From a virus (lineage: Duplodnaviria > Caudoviricetes): a DNA stretch of 64,000 nucleotides. The position numbers and the translations under genes are program-made. Where the stretch lies: positions 32,001 through 96,000 of IMG/VR virus record IMGVR_UViG_3300021400_000027, one strand, 5' to 3'. Shown one piece after another: positions 14,127-24,590 of this stretch (its first letter is position 1; every line of letters starts with the position of its first letter). The notes beneath the pieces were generated by a model. It was not told the origin of the DNA. It worked only from the letters and a program-made list of their open reading frames with translations, and did no database searches.

Positions 14127-14587
14127 TGGAAACTTTAATGAGAAAAGTCAAGAAAGAACTTGATACTATTGCAGAAAAAGGTCTCACTTCTTCTAATTTA
14201 GAGACAACAAATAAATTAGTTGATATTTATAAAGACCTGAAAGAAATTTGTGAAATCAATGAGAGAGGTGAGAATGGAATGTATGAAGCTCGTGGACGCT
14301 ACAGAGATTATGATAATTATGATAGACGTAGCGATAGAAACTATGGACACTATCCTCTTGACGAAAGAACTGAAAGATATTTTACAAGAATGAGAGAGGG
14401 TATGGAAAATTATGACGCTGGTCGTTCTCGTTATAGAGACGGCGGCAGCAACGAAAGAATGGTTGAAGGCATTGAAATGACTATGGGTGCAATTGTTAAT
14501 TTTATTGAGTCATTAATGGATATTGCTGAAACTTCTTAGGAAAAAGAAATTGTTAGAAAATACGTGGATAGAATTAAGAAGTATTAA
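14126..14587 (+). CDS. Charged R/D/Y-rich hypothetical protein, cassette gene 5 (153 aa)
   Basis: ORF 14126 extended through TAG 14537 to TAA 14585-14587, which overlaps the next ATG (TAATG). Confidence 0.8.
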
Positions 14588-14949
14588 TGTTTGAATACTA
14601 TAATGCTAATCCCTTAGGTCGTCATGTGAGTGACTGTAGTGTAAGAGCAATTTCTTTAGCTACTGGTCGCTCATGGGACGAGACTTATTAGGAGCTTGCG
14701 GAATTTGCAAGACAGTAGGCAATTACTTTTTCAGAAGTTGAATTTCTTAATGATTATTTGGCAGAACAATACCCTCGTTTTTGCCCTGAACAAAAAATAA
14801 ATACGCTATAGGATTTCTTAGACTTGTAGCTGCCGGGCTACTGGTTAGTAACAATGAGTGGTCACATCACGTGCGTTATTGATGGAGTTTGTTACGATAC
14901 CTTTGACCCGTCTGACCGATACATATGGTGTATTTATAAAGTAAAATAA
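14587..14949 (+). CDS. Hypothetical protein with DC-x-VRAI and GH motifs (possible Cys/His hydrolase fold), cassette gene 6 (120 aa)
   Basis: MFEYYNANPLGRHVSDCSVRAISLATGRSWDETY*EL...MSGHITCVIDGVCYDTFD; TAG read-through required; ends TAA. Confidence 0.75.
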
Positions 14950-14975
14950 AAAGAGGTAAGAAATCTTACCTCTTA
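14950..14975. terminator. Bidirectional terminator between convergent arms
   Basis: AAGAGGTAAGA-AA-TCTTACCTCTT inverted repeat between two convergent stop codons. Confidence 0.75.
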
Positions 14976-15701
14976 AAATTCAATAACCTATGTTGCTTTT
15001 ACTTTATGTGCTGCCCAACGACCTATTAGAATAGCGTCAGCCTCATCTTGTGTCACACTTACATCATAAAAACGCTTGATTTTTAATTGAGCGTTTTTCT
15101 TTTTATCTGTACGAGTTTTACCCTTAATTTCAGAGTATGCTCGCCATGTTGCTGCCGGCACTATTAAGAAGTCTATTGATTTCTCATATAGGTAATTACT
15201 AATTACTCCCTGTAAATGAGCTAATTTTTTATAAGTTAGAACTGCTTCTCCCTAACCGTCAATTTTCTATAATTGAATATCTTCAAGAATAACCTAATCA
15301 GGTTTCCACTTCTCAATCATAGATGCAATCCAACATTTGGTTTGAGCAATTCTACTTGTGCTATCTATAGCATCAGATGTCCACTTACCATATTTAACAA
15401 GAGTTTCGTCATCAAATACTGCCCACCCAGACGTAATACTTGCTTGGTCAAAAGCAAGAGTTCTAAATCCATTTTTCTTGACAGCAATATTATCAGTTTT
15501 ATAATACTGATTTTGCTTACAAATTGGACAATCATAACCTTTTCTAAATTTTTCAAAAGAAACAAAACAGTCATGACCTTCAGGACACTTTACCTGAAGG
15601 TCTGTTTTTAAATTTACATATTCTTCAGAAATTAGTTGCCAGCCAACGCCCTCAACATATTCTCTTACATTTTCAATTTTAATTGTACTCACAAGAATCA
15701 A
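14973..15701 (-). CDS. ruvC: RuvC-like Holliday junction resolvase with N-terminal Zn-ribbon (TAG=Gln)
   Basis: CPEGH..CPIC Zn-binding N-terminus. LAFDQASITSGWAV motif is before the first TAG; VILEDIQ and DEADAILIG motifs are reached only by read-through of TAG 15294. TAA at 14973. Confidence 0.8.
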
Positions 15702-16486
15702 CTCTTGTCAGTACTGCCGAATCCGCCTTCTCCTCTATCTGTTTCATCAAGGGTTTCAACCTGTTCCCATCGAATCATTGGTGTCGGCGCAATCAACATT
15801 TGAGCAATTTTATCTCCTTTCTTAATTACCTGAGTTAAGTTACCAGTATTTTCAATAATAACTCCAACCTCTCCACGATAATTAGCATCAATTGTCCCCG
15901 GTGCATTAGCAACTCTTAAAGGAGTTTTAAGACTTAAACCTGAACGAGGTCTAATCTGAATTTCATAGCCTGCAGGAATAGCAATTTTAATACCCGTAGG
16001 AATGACTTTGGTTGTGTGTGGCGGCAAAGATACTTCTTCAACAGCAAATATATCTGCGCCGGCATCAGAATCATGAGCATACTTTGGAATCTGTGCATCT
16101 GGATTTATAAGTTGAATTTTAACCCCAATTCTTTCTCTTGGATTTAATGCGAGGTCAAATAAAGTTGATGTAGATTCTTTAATAATTAATCCAAGCAATT
16201 CTTTCTTTTTATCAGAAAGGTCTTCTTCTTCTTTGATTTCTTCAATAATGCTATCAATGTTCCGTTTTTCTTCCTCAATATCAAATTCAGGATTTGTAGC
16301 AATAATATTGAGAACTTCTTTCTGTACAGCGGCATTATCATAGGCTTTTGCGATTGAATCTTTAATTTCATCAAAGGCACTATCAAACACATCATCGGGT
16401 AAATTCAAAATTAAGAGTAATTGGTCTAATGTGTCTTTATTGCCACCTACGAGTGAAGTTAAATTATTTTTAATTTTATCTGTCAT
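15698..16486 (-). CDS. dut: Trimeric dUTPase with ~115-aa N-terminal helical extension
   Basis: AGADI, RPRSGL, GTIDANYRGE and RGEGGFGST motifs. Confidence 0.93.
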   Translation of the reverse strand: MTDKIKNNLTSLVGGNKDTLDQLLLILNLPDDVFDSAFDEIKDSIAKAYDNAAVQKEVLNIIATNPEFDIEEEKRNIDSIIEEIKEEEDLSDKKKELLGLIIKESTSTLFDLALNPRERIGVKIQLINPDAQIPKYAHDSDAGADIFAVEEVSLPPHTTKVIPTGIKIAIPAGYEIQIRPRSGLSLKTPLRVANAPGTIDANYRGEVGVIIENTGNLTQVIKKGDKIAQMLIAPTPMIRWEQVETLDETDRGEGGFGSTDKS

Positions 16487-17217
16487 ATAATCTCCCCCTC
16501 TTTTACTATCTCATCAATTACGCCATATTTAAGTGCGTCTTCTGGTTCCATGAACCAGTCATCTTTCCTATATTCATCATATTGCTCTGATGAAATTTTC
16601 GTATTATCTATTACGAGTTTTTTAAGGCGAGCCAATTGTTTCTTATAGAAATCTGTGCGTTGAATAAATTTGTGTGCATCGCCGCCATCCATTGAACTTC
16701 CTTCGTGGAATAAGTAGGAGCTATAAGGATAGCCATATCTCTTATGACCACTAATTCCAATGAAGAATCCGCCGCTGTAACCCGTACCAATTGTAACTGT
16801 ATGAACAGGCGTTTCAGATAATTTAATTGAACTAATTATACTGAATGTAGCATCTAAATCTCCACCGGGAGTGTTAATATAAATTCTAATCGGTTCACGT
16901 TCATCTTTCGGTATTTCGTCCATTCTGTCAATTTCATTCCAAAAACGAATAACTTCAAATACACTATTTGCGTGGTCTTGTGTAATTTCATCTGTTAAGA
17001 AAATTGAACGCTGTCTGAAATCGAAACTTTCAAGTGTAGCTTCAACATCAATTATTGCCTCGGGGTCTGAAACCAGTTCAAGACTACTCATATTTTTAAG
17101 TTCTTCTTCTTCATAAGCAGCAACCATTTCTTCATAAATTGATTCAATACCTTTCAGAAACTCTTCCTTAGATTTAACTGTACCGTCTTCATTTAAAAGT
17201 GCAATTTGATTTTCCAT
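16483..17217 (-). CDS. clpP: ClpP-family serine protease
   Basis: IYINTPGG, GTGYSGG (catalytic Ser), YLFHE (His), EDALKYGVIDEI. Confidence 0.88.
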   Translation of the reverse strand: MENQIALLNEDGTVKSKEEFLKGIESIYEEMVAAYEEEELKNMSSLELVSDPEAIIDVEATLESFDFRQRSIFLTDEITQDHANSVFEVIRFWNEIDRMDEIPKDEREPIRIYINTPGGDLDATFSIISSIKLSETPVHTVTIGTGYSGGFFIGISGHKRYGYPYSSYLFHEGSSMDGGDAHKFIQRTDFYKKQLARLKKLVIDNTKISSEQYDEYRKDDWFMEPEDALKYGVIDEIVKEGEII

Positions 17218-17378
17218 TATGCCTGTTCCTCCAATTCTTTTTTCTCTTTTTCAAGTTCAGAAATTTCTAATAGTAATTCAAAAATTCTCTTATTAAGAGC
17301 AAAAACGCTTAAATCTTGTTCATTTAATTCGTTTTTCTTTTCTTTTAAGGCGAAATTAATTTCCTCTAAAGTTTTCAT
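17217..17378 (-). CDS. Small coiled-coil hypothetical protein (53 aa)
   Basis: GAGGTG RBS, MKTLEEINFALKEKKNELNEQ...; TAATG overlap with clpP; directly downstream of a promoter. Confidence 0.65.
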   Translation of the reverse strand: MKTLEEINFALKEKKNELNEQDLSVFALNKRIFELLLEISELEKEKKELEEQA

Positions 17379-17404
17379 TCTTAATCACCTCTTTTATTGT
17401 AAAT

Positions 17405-17433
17405 ATTATATCATAGACTTGATTGAAAGTCAA
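17405..17433 (-). promoter_or_regulatory. SigmaA-type promoter
   Basis: TTGACT-N17-TATAAT with extended TG on the minus strand. Confidence 0.75.
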
Positions 17434-18352
17434 TTGAATGTGTGATTGTTAAAGGGTTTTGTTTTAATAAAAGTCGCAATTCTGTTGGCTATTTTCTAAT
17501 AATATTCTAAACCATATTGTTGTTTTCATAATATTTAGCAAAAGAATATTGAGTACGACTTTTACCCCAGTCTAAAATCTTATTTTCAAGTGTGTCTTGT
17601 GAAATACGATTCTCTAAAAAGATTATATCCTTTTTCTTATAAATTAAAATTGCTTTTACAAGTCTAATTAAATAATTTAATTCTGATTCATTTTCTTTTT
17701 TTGCAAAATGGAAATAGGCTTCTCCAATGTTTTCATAGAAAAAATCTTCATTAAAATCAAAATTGATTATCAATCTTCTATTGAATAGAGTTGTATAACG
17801 ATAGAATTTATTATAAGTTTCTTCATCATTAACAGTTAAAGGATTGTAGAAAATGAAGGCTTTATCTTTATTGTCTTGTACAAATTCCTCTGCCCCCGGC
17901 GTATACAGGAAATTAACATCAGACAAATAGATGTAATGGCGGTCTTTTTTAAATCCACTAAAATCCTCTGTTTCTAATCGAATTAAGGAATCTCGTTTAA
18001 GAGCATCATAACCTCTTGGTATGGTTAATTTATGGGAATAAATATCATAAGGCTCAAAATCTGGTGGCATTGATTTGATTTCTTCTTTTAATTGAGGAAG
18101 TCTACCAAAAAAACCATAGCCTATTAACTATCCTTTATCTAAATTTAAATTTAAAGAATTTGGTATTGCAATATTTGGTTTCTCCTTAAAATAGAAAATT
18201 TGCTAGTACTTGGTTAAGCCGTCATTAGATTTCATCATTATAACTCTATTATTTCGAGAATTGTAATAATTATAAACCTACATCAATTCAAGATTAGGGG
18301 CAGACTTGCCCCTATGTAACATATCAATATCATATAAACCAATAATCGCCAT
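17411..18352 (-). CDS. Hypothetical protein resembling a degenerate phage radical-SAM-type protein (~313 aa, TAG=Gln)
   Basis: TAATG overlap with dnaE; MAIIGLYDIDM..PNLELM; in frame with ORF 17507-18070 through TAGs; no CxxxCxxC motif. Confidence 0.65.
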
Positions 18353-21300
18353 TATTCATCTACCTCCACTCGTTCAGTAACACTTTCTGTGATAAATCCT
18401 CTATCATCAAGTTCAATAATTCTTTCAAATAGTGGGTATTCAATATTTTTATATTTTTTAGGAATAAAATTGTCTCCTCGTCTAATACCAGTTATTATAA
18501 GTTTTGTTCCTCTTGTGAACCAGCTTTTTTCAACAACGTGCTTAATACCGTCTTCTCCACGTTCAGAAATCTGTTTATCCCAAGAGGCAAACTGATTTTT
18601 CCAAACCTTAACAGTCACAACACCATCAGGAGTTAATAACATTACTGAACTTTTGTTCTTATCTTTGTCAATAACTGTTCCGGCAATTCGAGAAATCTTA
18701 AAAAGAGAAATTTCAGAGCCGTCTTTTGTAGTAAAGGTATGTTCAATTTCTGGTTCTTCATTTAAGTTAAAATAGTTTACAATACCATAAACTTCATTCT
18801 TTAAGCTTTTTAATTCATGGTCATGATAGTAGAATCCTAAACTATCCATTTCCCATTTTGAAAGAGAACCCAAAGCATATTTTTCCCAAATTTCCTCAAA
18901 TAACTTTTTATTGAGAGCATTGAGAATATCTAATTGATTCTTCTTCATCCATGCTCTAATCGGGTCCATTGCTTTTTGATAATAGTTATCCCAAGTAGTT
19001 TGTTTAATTTTACCAGATTGCCCATTTTCATTAACAGATACATCTTCCAGCTTATTTTCATCATAATTAGCACAATAAAATTTCATTGCATGGTCGTCAA
19101 GTAAGAAATAGTTTCCATCTTTTAACTTCTTTATATATCTATTAAAGTTAAATACTCTACGTTCAAAATCTAATTCTTCTGGAATCATACCTTTTCCAAT
19201 TAGCATTTGCATATTTTGTAAAGTAATACGCTTTTTCTTGTCACTAACCTTATCAAGATATTCTTCCATAATTTCCTTGCGCCGGCCGCCATAAAGTTCA
19301 TCAAACGCACCTGATTTAATTAACATAATCATTTGGGTTTTGTTTACTTTAATTTTTTCTAAAAAGTCTTCAATTGATGTATAAGGACGTTTGCTAAAAA
19401 TTTCATATACAAGTTGAGTACCAATTCTGTTAATACCTTTCATACCATAAATAATTGCATTTCTTTCTAAATCCGGTTTAAAAATTAAGTCTGACTTATT
19501 TATGTCTGGCGGTAAGACATTAATACCTTTACTTTTAGATTCGCCAATTGCTGCACTAATTTTACCATAGTTCACGCTCTTATTCTTAATTTTACCTTTT
19601 AAATGGATTTCTGCATAATCTTCATCATCATACACATCATCAGCATCAAGTAAATCTGCGCCGCCGGCGTTGACAATTAAGCAAGCACAATTCCAATATA
19701 CGGAGGGGTGATTAGTAGCGAGATATAAAGTTTGAATACCAACAAAAGAATAAGCTAAGGCATGAGGTTTTGCGAAAGCGTAACCCATTTGCGGACCCAT
19801 TGTTGTCTCCCAAACATATTCGCCAAAATTTCTATTCGGACATTGAGAAACAAATTTTTCTTTCAATATTGGAATTTCTTCCATATGCTTTTTAGCTACA
19901 GTTTTTCTTGCACTGTTGGCTTCTTTTAATGTGAAATGTGCAATATTTTTATCCATACAAACCATCATTAAATCCTCTTGTGAAGCCGGCACACCGTAGT
20001 TTGGTAAATAATAAGGTTCAAGAATTCTAATTTCTTCTTCTGAAAGTCCTCTATTTCTGCACTCATTATACCAAAGATTGATATTACTTTTTAATCTACA
20101 ATATCGGTCTAAAGGTCTTTCCTTACCCTTTTCTCCCATAAGTCTCATAAGAGCATTTGCAGAAGTTAATTCGGCTGGATTTTGAGGCTTAACTTGCTTT
20201 GCTGTTGCAAGACCTACACCAGTACTAAACTGGAATACATCAAGAACTTCACCTTTACTTAAAGAATCCCAAAGTCTCTTATCTTCTAAGTTAAGTTTTG
20301 CCGGATGTAAAAACTCGTCATAAATTTGTCTCAAATTTTTGTCTGCCGGCATAACATTGTCTTTTTGCATTAATTCAATACAAGTTGTAATTTTATCACA
20401 AATTTCCGTTACAAGGAAGTCATATTTAACATCACCCATTAAATCTGAATCATGCAATTCAAATTGAGTTGTTAAATCTCCGTTAGGACTTCTCATTAAA
20501 GCATTAGTCTCATAGGGCGAGGTATTGTACATCATAACACCAGATGCGTGCTGTCCTCTTTTATTAACTAAGCCTTCAATTGATTGAATAATTTCAAGCA
20601 AACCGGGGTATTTATTAACCTCATCAATAAAAGCTTGAATTGGTAATCTACCTTTTTCTGGATTTCCATAAACTACGTCATCAATACTCCATAAGAAGCC
20701 ACGTTCTTGCGGAATTAAACCGCTTAAATATTGAGTAGTTTCAACTTCAAGACCATTAGGGAATTGTTCTGAACGATAACCTCTGCCGGCAGCAGCAATC
20801 GCTGAACGAGTTCCTTCAGTACCAAAAGTACAAACTTGAACAAGGTTAAGTTCTCCACGTTCTTGCCGAATCGCTTCAAAGATTCGCTTACGTTTGGACG
20901 GAGACAAATCTATATCAATATCAGGTAATTCCACACGCTCCTTATTAAGAAATCTCCACTCCGGCAATCCCCATACAAGAGGGTCAAGTTGAGTGATACC
21001 TAATAAATAGTTAGAAAGAAAGCATACAGAAGAGCCTCTTCCCGGACCAACAATAGAACCACACTCCCAGAACAAATTAATATAGTGCTGGAAAGTATTA
21101 AAATATTTAAATAAGCAATCTCCTAATTTATTTCCTACGGTATTAATAATGTCTGCTTCAATTTCAAGTCTTTCTAAATACTTGTCATTAACCAAATCTT
21201 TTTCAGATAAAGCTCTTAAACATTCATTAACCCAATAACGTTCCTGAACATTTTCACTTTCTTTTAATGATTCAAGAACTTTATATTTGGAAGTATCAAC

Positions 21301-22278
21301 CTCTACGCTTAAATAATCCTCAACTTCAACTTCTGGAATAATAGGATTACGTTCGAGAGAAAATTCTTCAATTTTATCATAAATTTCCATTGAAGCCTTG
21401 CACATTTCTTTAAACTCTTCTTCGGTAAAGGCTACTTTTAAATTTTCAAAGGCTTCTTCATTGTCCATCATATGAGCATCAAAATAGAACTCATCAACTT
21501 CACGGTCTCCCTCTTTTGAATTCAAATATGCCTTATGCAGAGGTCTTTCTTTTGCAGTTAAATAGTGTGCGTCAGAACCAATTACCATTTTCCTATTATA
21601 GGCTTTAGCAATCATTCCAACTCTTTGATTAAACTTAATCTGGTCTTTTGACGTGCCGGCAGCAACTTCAATATAAAAGTCATCTCCAAACAAATCAATA
21701 TTCCAACGAATAAATTCATCAATATCAGATTTGCAATTAAAAATTTCTTCTGGAACTCCACGTCTTTCAGCGTCAATTAATTGAAGAACTCTGCCACCCA
21801 ATTGTCCACCAATACAAGCAGTAGTAGCAATTAAACTATTTGGATATTTTTTGACAATTTCTTCAAGTTCCTTTTTTTCTGTAGGAACTCTTGTCATATA
21901 TCTTGCAGTATAGCTATATAACCATGCTGTTGAACTAAGTTCTCTTAATGCTCTGTGTCCCTCGGCATTTTTAGCAATTAAGATATAATGCCAATAACGC
22001 TCAATTGCATTACGGTCATCTACTAAATAAATTTCATTTCCCAGAGCCGCTTTAAAGTCTTGTGGAATTGCACCAGAAGCCTTTAATTTTTTTGCGTTTT
22101 GTAACCATTTCAAATGTCCACAAAGACATTCATGGTCTGTCAACGCAAGACCTTTCATTCCAAGTTTTGCCGCAGTTCTAATCATATCTGGAATCTTATT
22201 AATTGAGTCAATCAAACGAATATTGCTATACTCACTATGGCTGTGGGTATCAAATCTTGCCAATTCATTCAAGTTCAT
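18352..22278 (-). CDS. dnaE: DNA polymerase III alpha subunit (family C)
   Basis: PHP domain (HSHSEYS, ALTDH), GPGRGS, PDIDID and KYDFL motifs, C-terminal OB fold; 1308 codons with no TAG. Confidence 0.96.
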   Translation of the reverse strand: MNLNELARFDTHSHSEYSNIRLIDSINKIPDMIRTAAKLGMKGLALTDHECLCGHLKWLQNAKKLKASGAIPQDFKAALGNEIYLVDDRNAIERYWHYILIAKNAEGHRALRELSSTAWLYSYTARYMTRVPTEKKELEEIVKKYPNSLIATTACIGGQLGGRVLQLIDAERRGVPEEIFNCKSDIDEFIRWNIDLFGDDFYIEVAAGTSKDQIKFNQRVGMIAKAYNRKMVIGSDAHYLTAKERPLHKAYLNSKEGDREVDEFYFDAHMMDNEEAFENLKVAFTEEEFKEMCKASMEIYDKIEEFSLERNPIIPEVEVEDYLSVEVDTSKYKVLESLKESENVQERYWVNECLRALSEKDLVNDKYLERLEIEADIINTVGNKLGDCLFKYFNTFQHYINLFWECGSIVGPGRGSSVCFLSNYLLGITQLDPLVWGLPEWRFLNKERVELPDIDIDLSPSKRKRIFEAIRQERGELNLVQVCTFGTEGTRSAIAAAGRGYRSEQFPNGLEVETTQYLSGLIPQERGFLWSIDDVVYGNPEKGRLPIQAFIDEVNKYPGLLEIIQSIEGLVNKRGQHASGVMMYNTSPYETNALMRSPNGDLTTQFELHDSDLMGDVKYDFLVTEICDKITTCIELMQKDNVMPADKNLRQIYDEFLHPAKLNLEDKRLWDSLSKGEVLDVFQFSTGVGLATAKQVKPQNPAELTSANALMRLMGEKGKERPLDRYCRLKSNINLWYNECRNRGLSEEEIRILEPYYLPNYGVPASQEDLMMVCMDKNIAHFTLKEANSARKTVAKKHMEEIPILKEKFVSQCPNRNFGEYVWETTMGPQMGYAFAKPHALAYSFVGIQTLYLATNHPSVYWNCACLIVNAGGADLLDADDVYDDEDYAEIHLKGKIKNKSVNYGKISAAIGESKSKGINVLPPDINKSDLIFKPDLERNAIIYGMKGINRIGTQLVYEIFSKRPYTSIEDFLEKIKVNKTQMIMLIKSGAFDELYGGRRKEIMEEYLDKVSDKKKRITLQNMQMLIGKGMIPEELDFERRVFNFNRYIKKLKDGNYFLLDDHAMKFYCANYDENKLEDVSVNENGQSGKIKQTTWDNYYQKAMDPIRAWMKKNQLDILNALNKKLFEEIWEKYALGSLSKWEMDSLGFYYHDHELKSLKNEVYGIVNYFNLNEEPEIEHTFTTKDGSEISLFKISRIAGTVIDKDKNKSSVMLLTPDGVVTVKVWKNQFASWDKQISERGEDGIKHVVEKSWFTRGTKLIITGIRRGDNFIPKKYKNIEYPLFERIIELDDRGFITESVTERVEVDE

Positions 22279-22483
22279 TCGGTAGACCTCCTATCACTTT
22301 TCTCTTGCATCCCTTATCAGATGTACATTTAGCTTTGCACTTAGGACATTCATATATCCAAGGGATAGCATGAATACTCCAATCTTGTTCACATTCCTAT
22401 TCATCTACTATAAATTGACAATAACATTGCTTACACTCAAAGAATACTTTTCCATATAAACCTTCTCTTATAATTTTTATCAT
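22265..22483 (-). CDS. Small Zn-ribbon protein (72 aa, TAG=Gln)
   Basis: MIKIIREGLYGKVFFECKQC...*...YECPKC; the two CxxC pairs are joined only by TAG read-through; follows a promoter. Confidence 0.65.
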
Positions 22484-22510
22484 ATAGCATCATCTCTCAT
22501 TTCTTTTTAT

Positions 22511-22560
22511 ATTATATCATTTTTTATTAAAAAAGTCAAGAGATTTTATTCTCTTGACTT
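22511..22560 (-). promoter_or_regulatory. Fused terminator / sigmaA promoter
   Basis: Inverted repeat AAGTCAAGAG-N8-CTCTTGACTT followed by a T-tract; its 3' arm is the TTGACT -35, with TATAAT 17 nt downstream. Confidence 0.75.
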
Positions 22561-22567
22561 CTTTATA

Positions 22568-22771
22568 TCACCATCTTTTTACGATTTTTACAATGTAATA
22601 AGAATCAACAACCTCACCTTTAGATTTCTTCTCTTTGAGTGTTGAAGTGTAGCTTGTAATTTCATACCCTTCTGTTTTTGATTTTTCTTTAAAAGATTCA
22701 ATTAGAGCTTTAGCTTCCTGTTCTGTGCCCACTTTAATTTCATCTGTCTGTTTCATTAATTCAAAATCCAT
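22568..22771 (-). CDS. Hypothetical protein (67 aa)
   Basis: GGAGG RBS before MDFELMKQTDEIKV; ends TGA. Confidence 0.7.
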   Translation of the reverse strand: MDFELMKQTDEIKVGTEQEAKALIESFKEKSKTEGYEITSYTSTLKEKKSKGEVVDSYYIVKIVKRW

Positions 22772-22784
22772 ATTATCTGCCTCC

Positions 22785-24587
22785 TTAAAAGTCATAAATT
22801 GTATCTTCTTTAACTTCAATTTCTTCAACTAAAATTTGAGGTTTTCTTCTGCCACCCCATTCATTAATATTAGGTCTGCCGGCAACGTTTAGTTTGAGAG
22901 ACCCAGTATAGCTATTAAGCTGGTTAATAAGGTCTTTAGCCTTAAACTTAATATAGGTAATCCCATTAAATTCAAAACGTAATGTGTCTGAATTTGAACC
23001 AATTACACTATAACCCCTTGCCGGCAAAGCAATGTTCTCAACTACAACAACGGGTTCATCATTAGACTGTCCATATAGCATTTTCCCACCATCAAGACTT
23101 TCAATTAATTCATCTAAGTAAGAACAATTTCCGCTTACTACGAAATCTGCCTCATAGAATCCTTCATTAAAGTTCACATTTGCTAATTCTTTATTAGCAT
23201 ATTTAATTAAATTCGGTATTTTATTAGCTTTAATGCTAAAACCCGCTGCATTCGCATGACCCTCAACAAATTCCATTAAGTTGCTATTTAAAAGAAAGTT
23301 TTTAAAGTCTTTAAGTTCAGAACCCTCACGCCCTCGAATTGAGCCTTTTAAATATCCATCAGAGCTAATTCTCCCAAGCATTACTGGTTTTTTGTGTTCC
23401 GCCGCAACGCCCATTGCGCATAGACCAGTTAAAGTATTAGCAATATCAAGGTCATCAGCATTAAGAATAAGAACTTTATTATCGTCTAAGCAATTCTCAA
23501 TAATTTGAATGTTAAGAAGTTCCATAGCTTTTTCTTTTTCTTTATTTTGACGGTTCTTAGCATTGTTACAATTTCTTACAGTGCTTTCACTTACCGTCTC
23601 TGTCTCGCCCTGCTTATGTCCTCTCTTAGTTGAGGGAACTTCTTTATTAGAATCAATAAAAGAGATAAATAAGCGTTCCTTTTCGGTAGCTGAACCTACA
23701 CGAATTAAAGCATTGATAAGCGGCGTAACATAGTAAGCAATTCCAATTTGAGTTAATTCATCACTATCCCAATAATAATCAGTCCATTGTTCTGGTTTAA
23801 TTCCAAACAATGAAAAACATTGCTTTTTTACAATTTCACGAAAGAAACCATTCTTAATATGGGATAGTCCATAGTCACAAATGAAGCGATTTTCAAGTGT
23901 TTCCATATTCATCATATCACTGATTTCTCCCAATGCAACTAAATCTAAATATTGATTTGCAAAATTTAATCCTTCTTTTTTATCAAAATAGGAAAAGAAT
24001 TTGTAAACAACACCAACCCCACTTAATGCTTTATTCTCATAATTTTGAGAAAGCTAATTATTAATTACTACTGCATTTTCGCTATACTTTTCTGCATCAT
24101 GGTGGTCAAGTACGAGAATGTCGTAACCCATTTCTTTAAGTTCTTTATGCTCCTCATAATCATTACTTGAACTATCTGGCAGAACAATTAAATCCCATTT
24201 CTTTTCTTCTGTAAAAAGAGGCATTAAAGTTCTGAGACCATGTTCTTTTCCTTCTGGCACATGATATTCAATTGTAAAATTATATTTATTACTTAAATGT
24301 TCTGTTAGATAGTTATAGAAAATAGCAGAAGAAGTAAAACCATCAACGTCTGAATCGACACATAAATAAATTTTTGAGCCGGCAGTTAAATGTTTCATTA
24401 AAAGCTGATAGCCTTCTTCCATATGGTCTAAATTTTTAGGGTCAATTAAATTTTCTGTCGTAGGACTAAAAAATTTCTTTTGAAAAGCGTTGTTATCTTC
24501 AATAATTCCCCTATCTACTAATAAATTGATAAGGAAATCTTCTGTAAAATTCTTAGAAGTTTTTCTTATATACTTCAATTCATTCAC
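22785..24587 (-). CDS. recJ: RecJ-like DHH/DHHA1 ssDNA exonuclease (one TAG=Gln)
   Basis: DSDVDG, LDHH, INN*LS..LSGVGV, ALGEISD, GSIR and EGHANAAG motifs. ORFs 24054-24587 and 22785-23933 are in the same frame, joined at TAG 24054. The true start may be TTG at 24578. Confidence 0.88.
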
Positions 24588-24590
24588 TCC

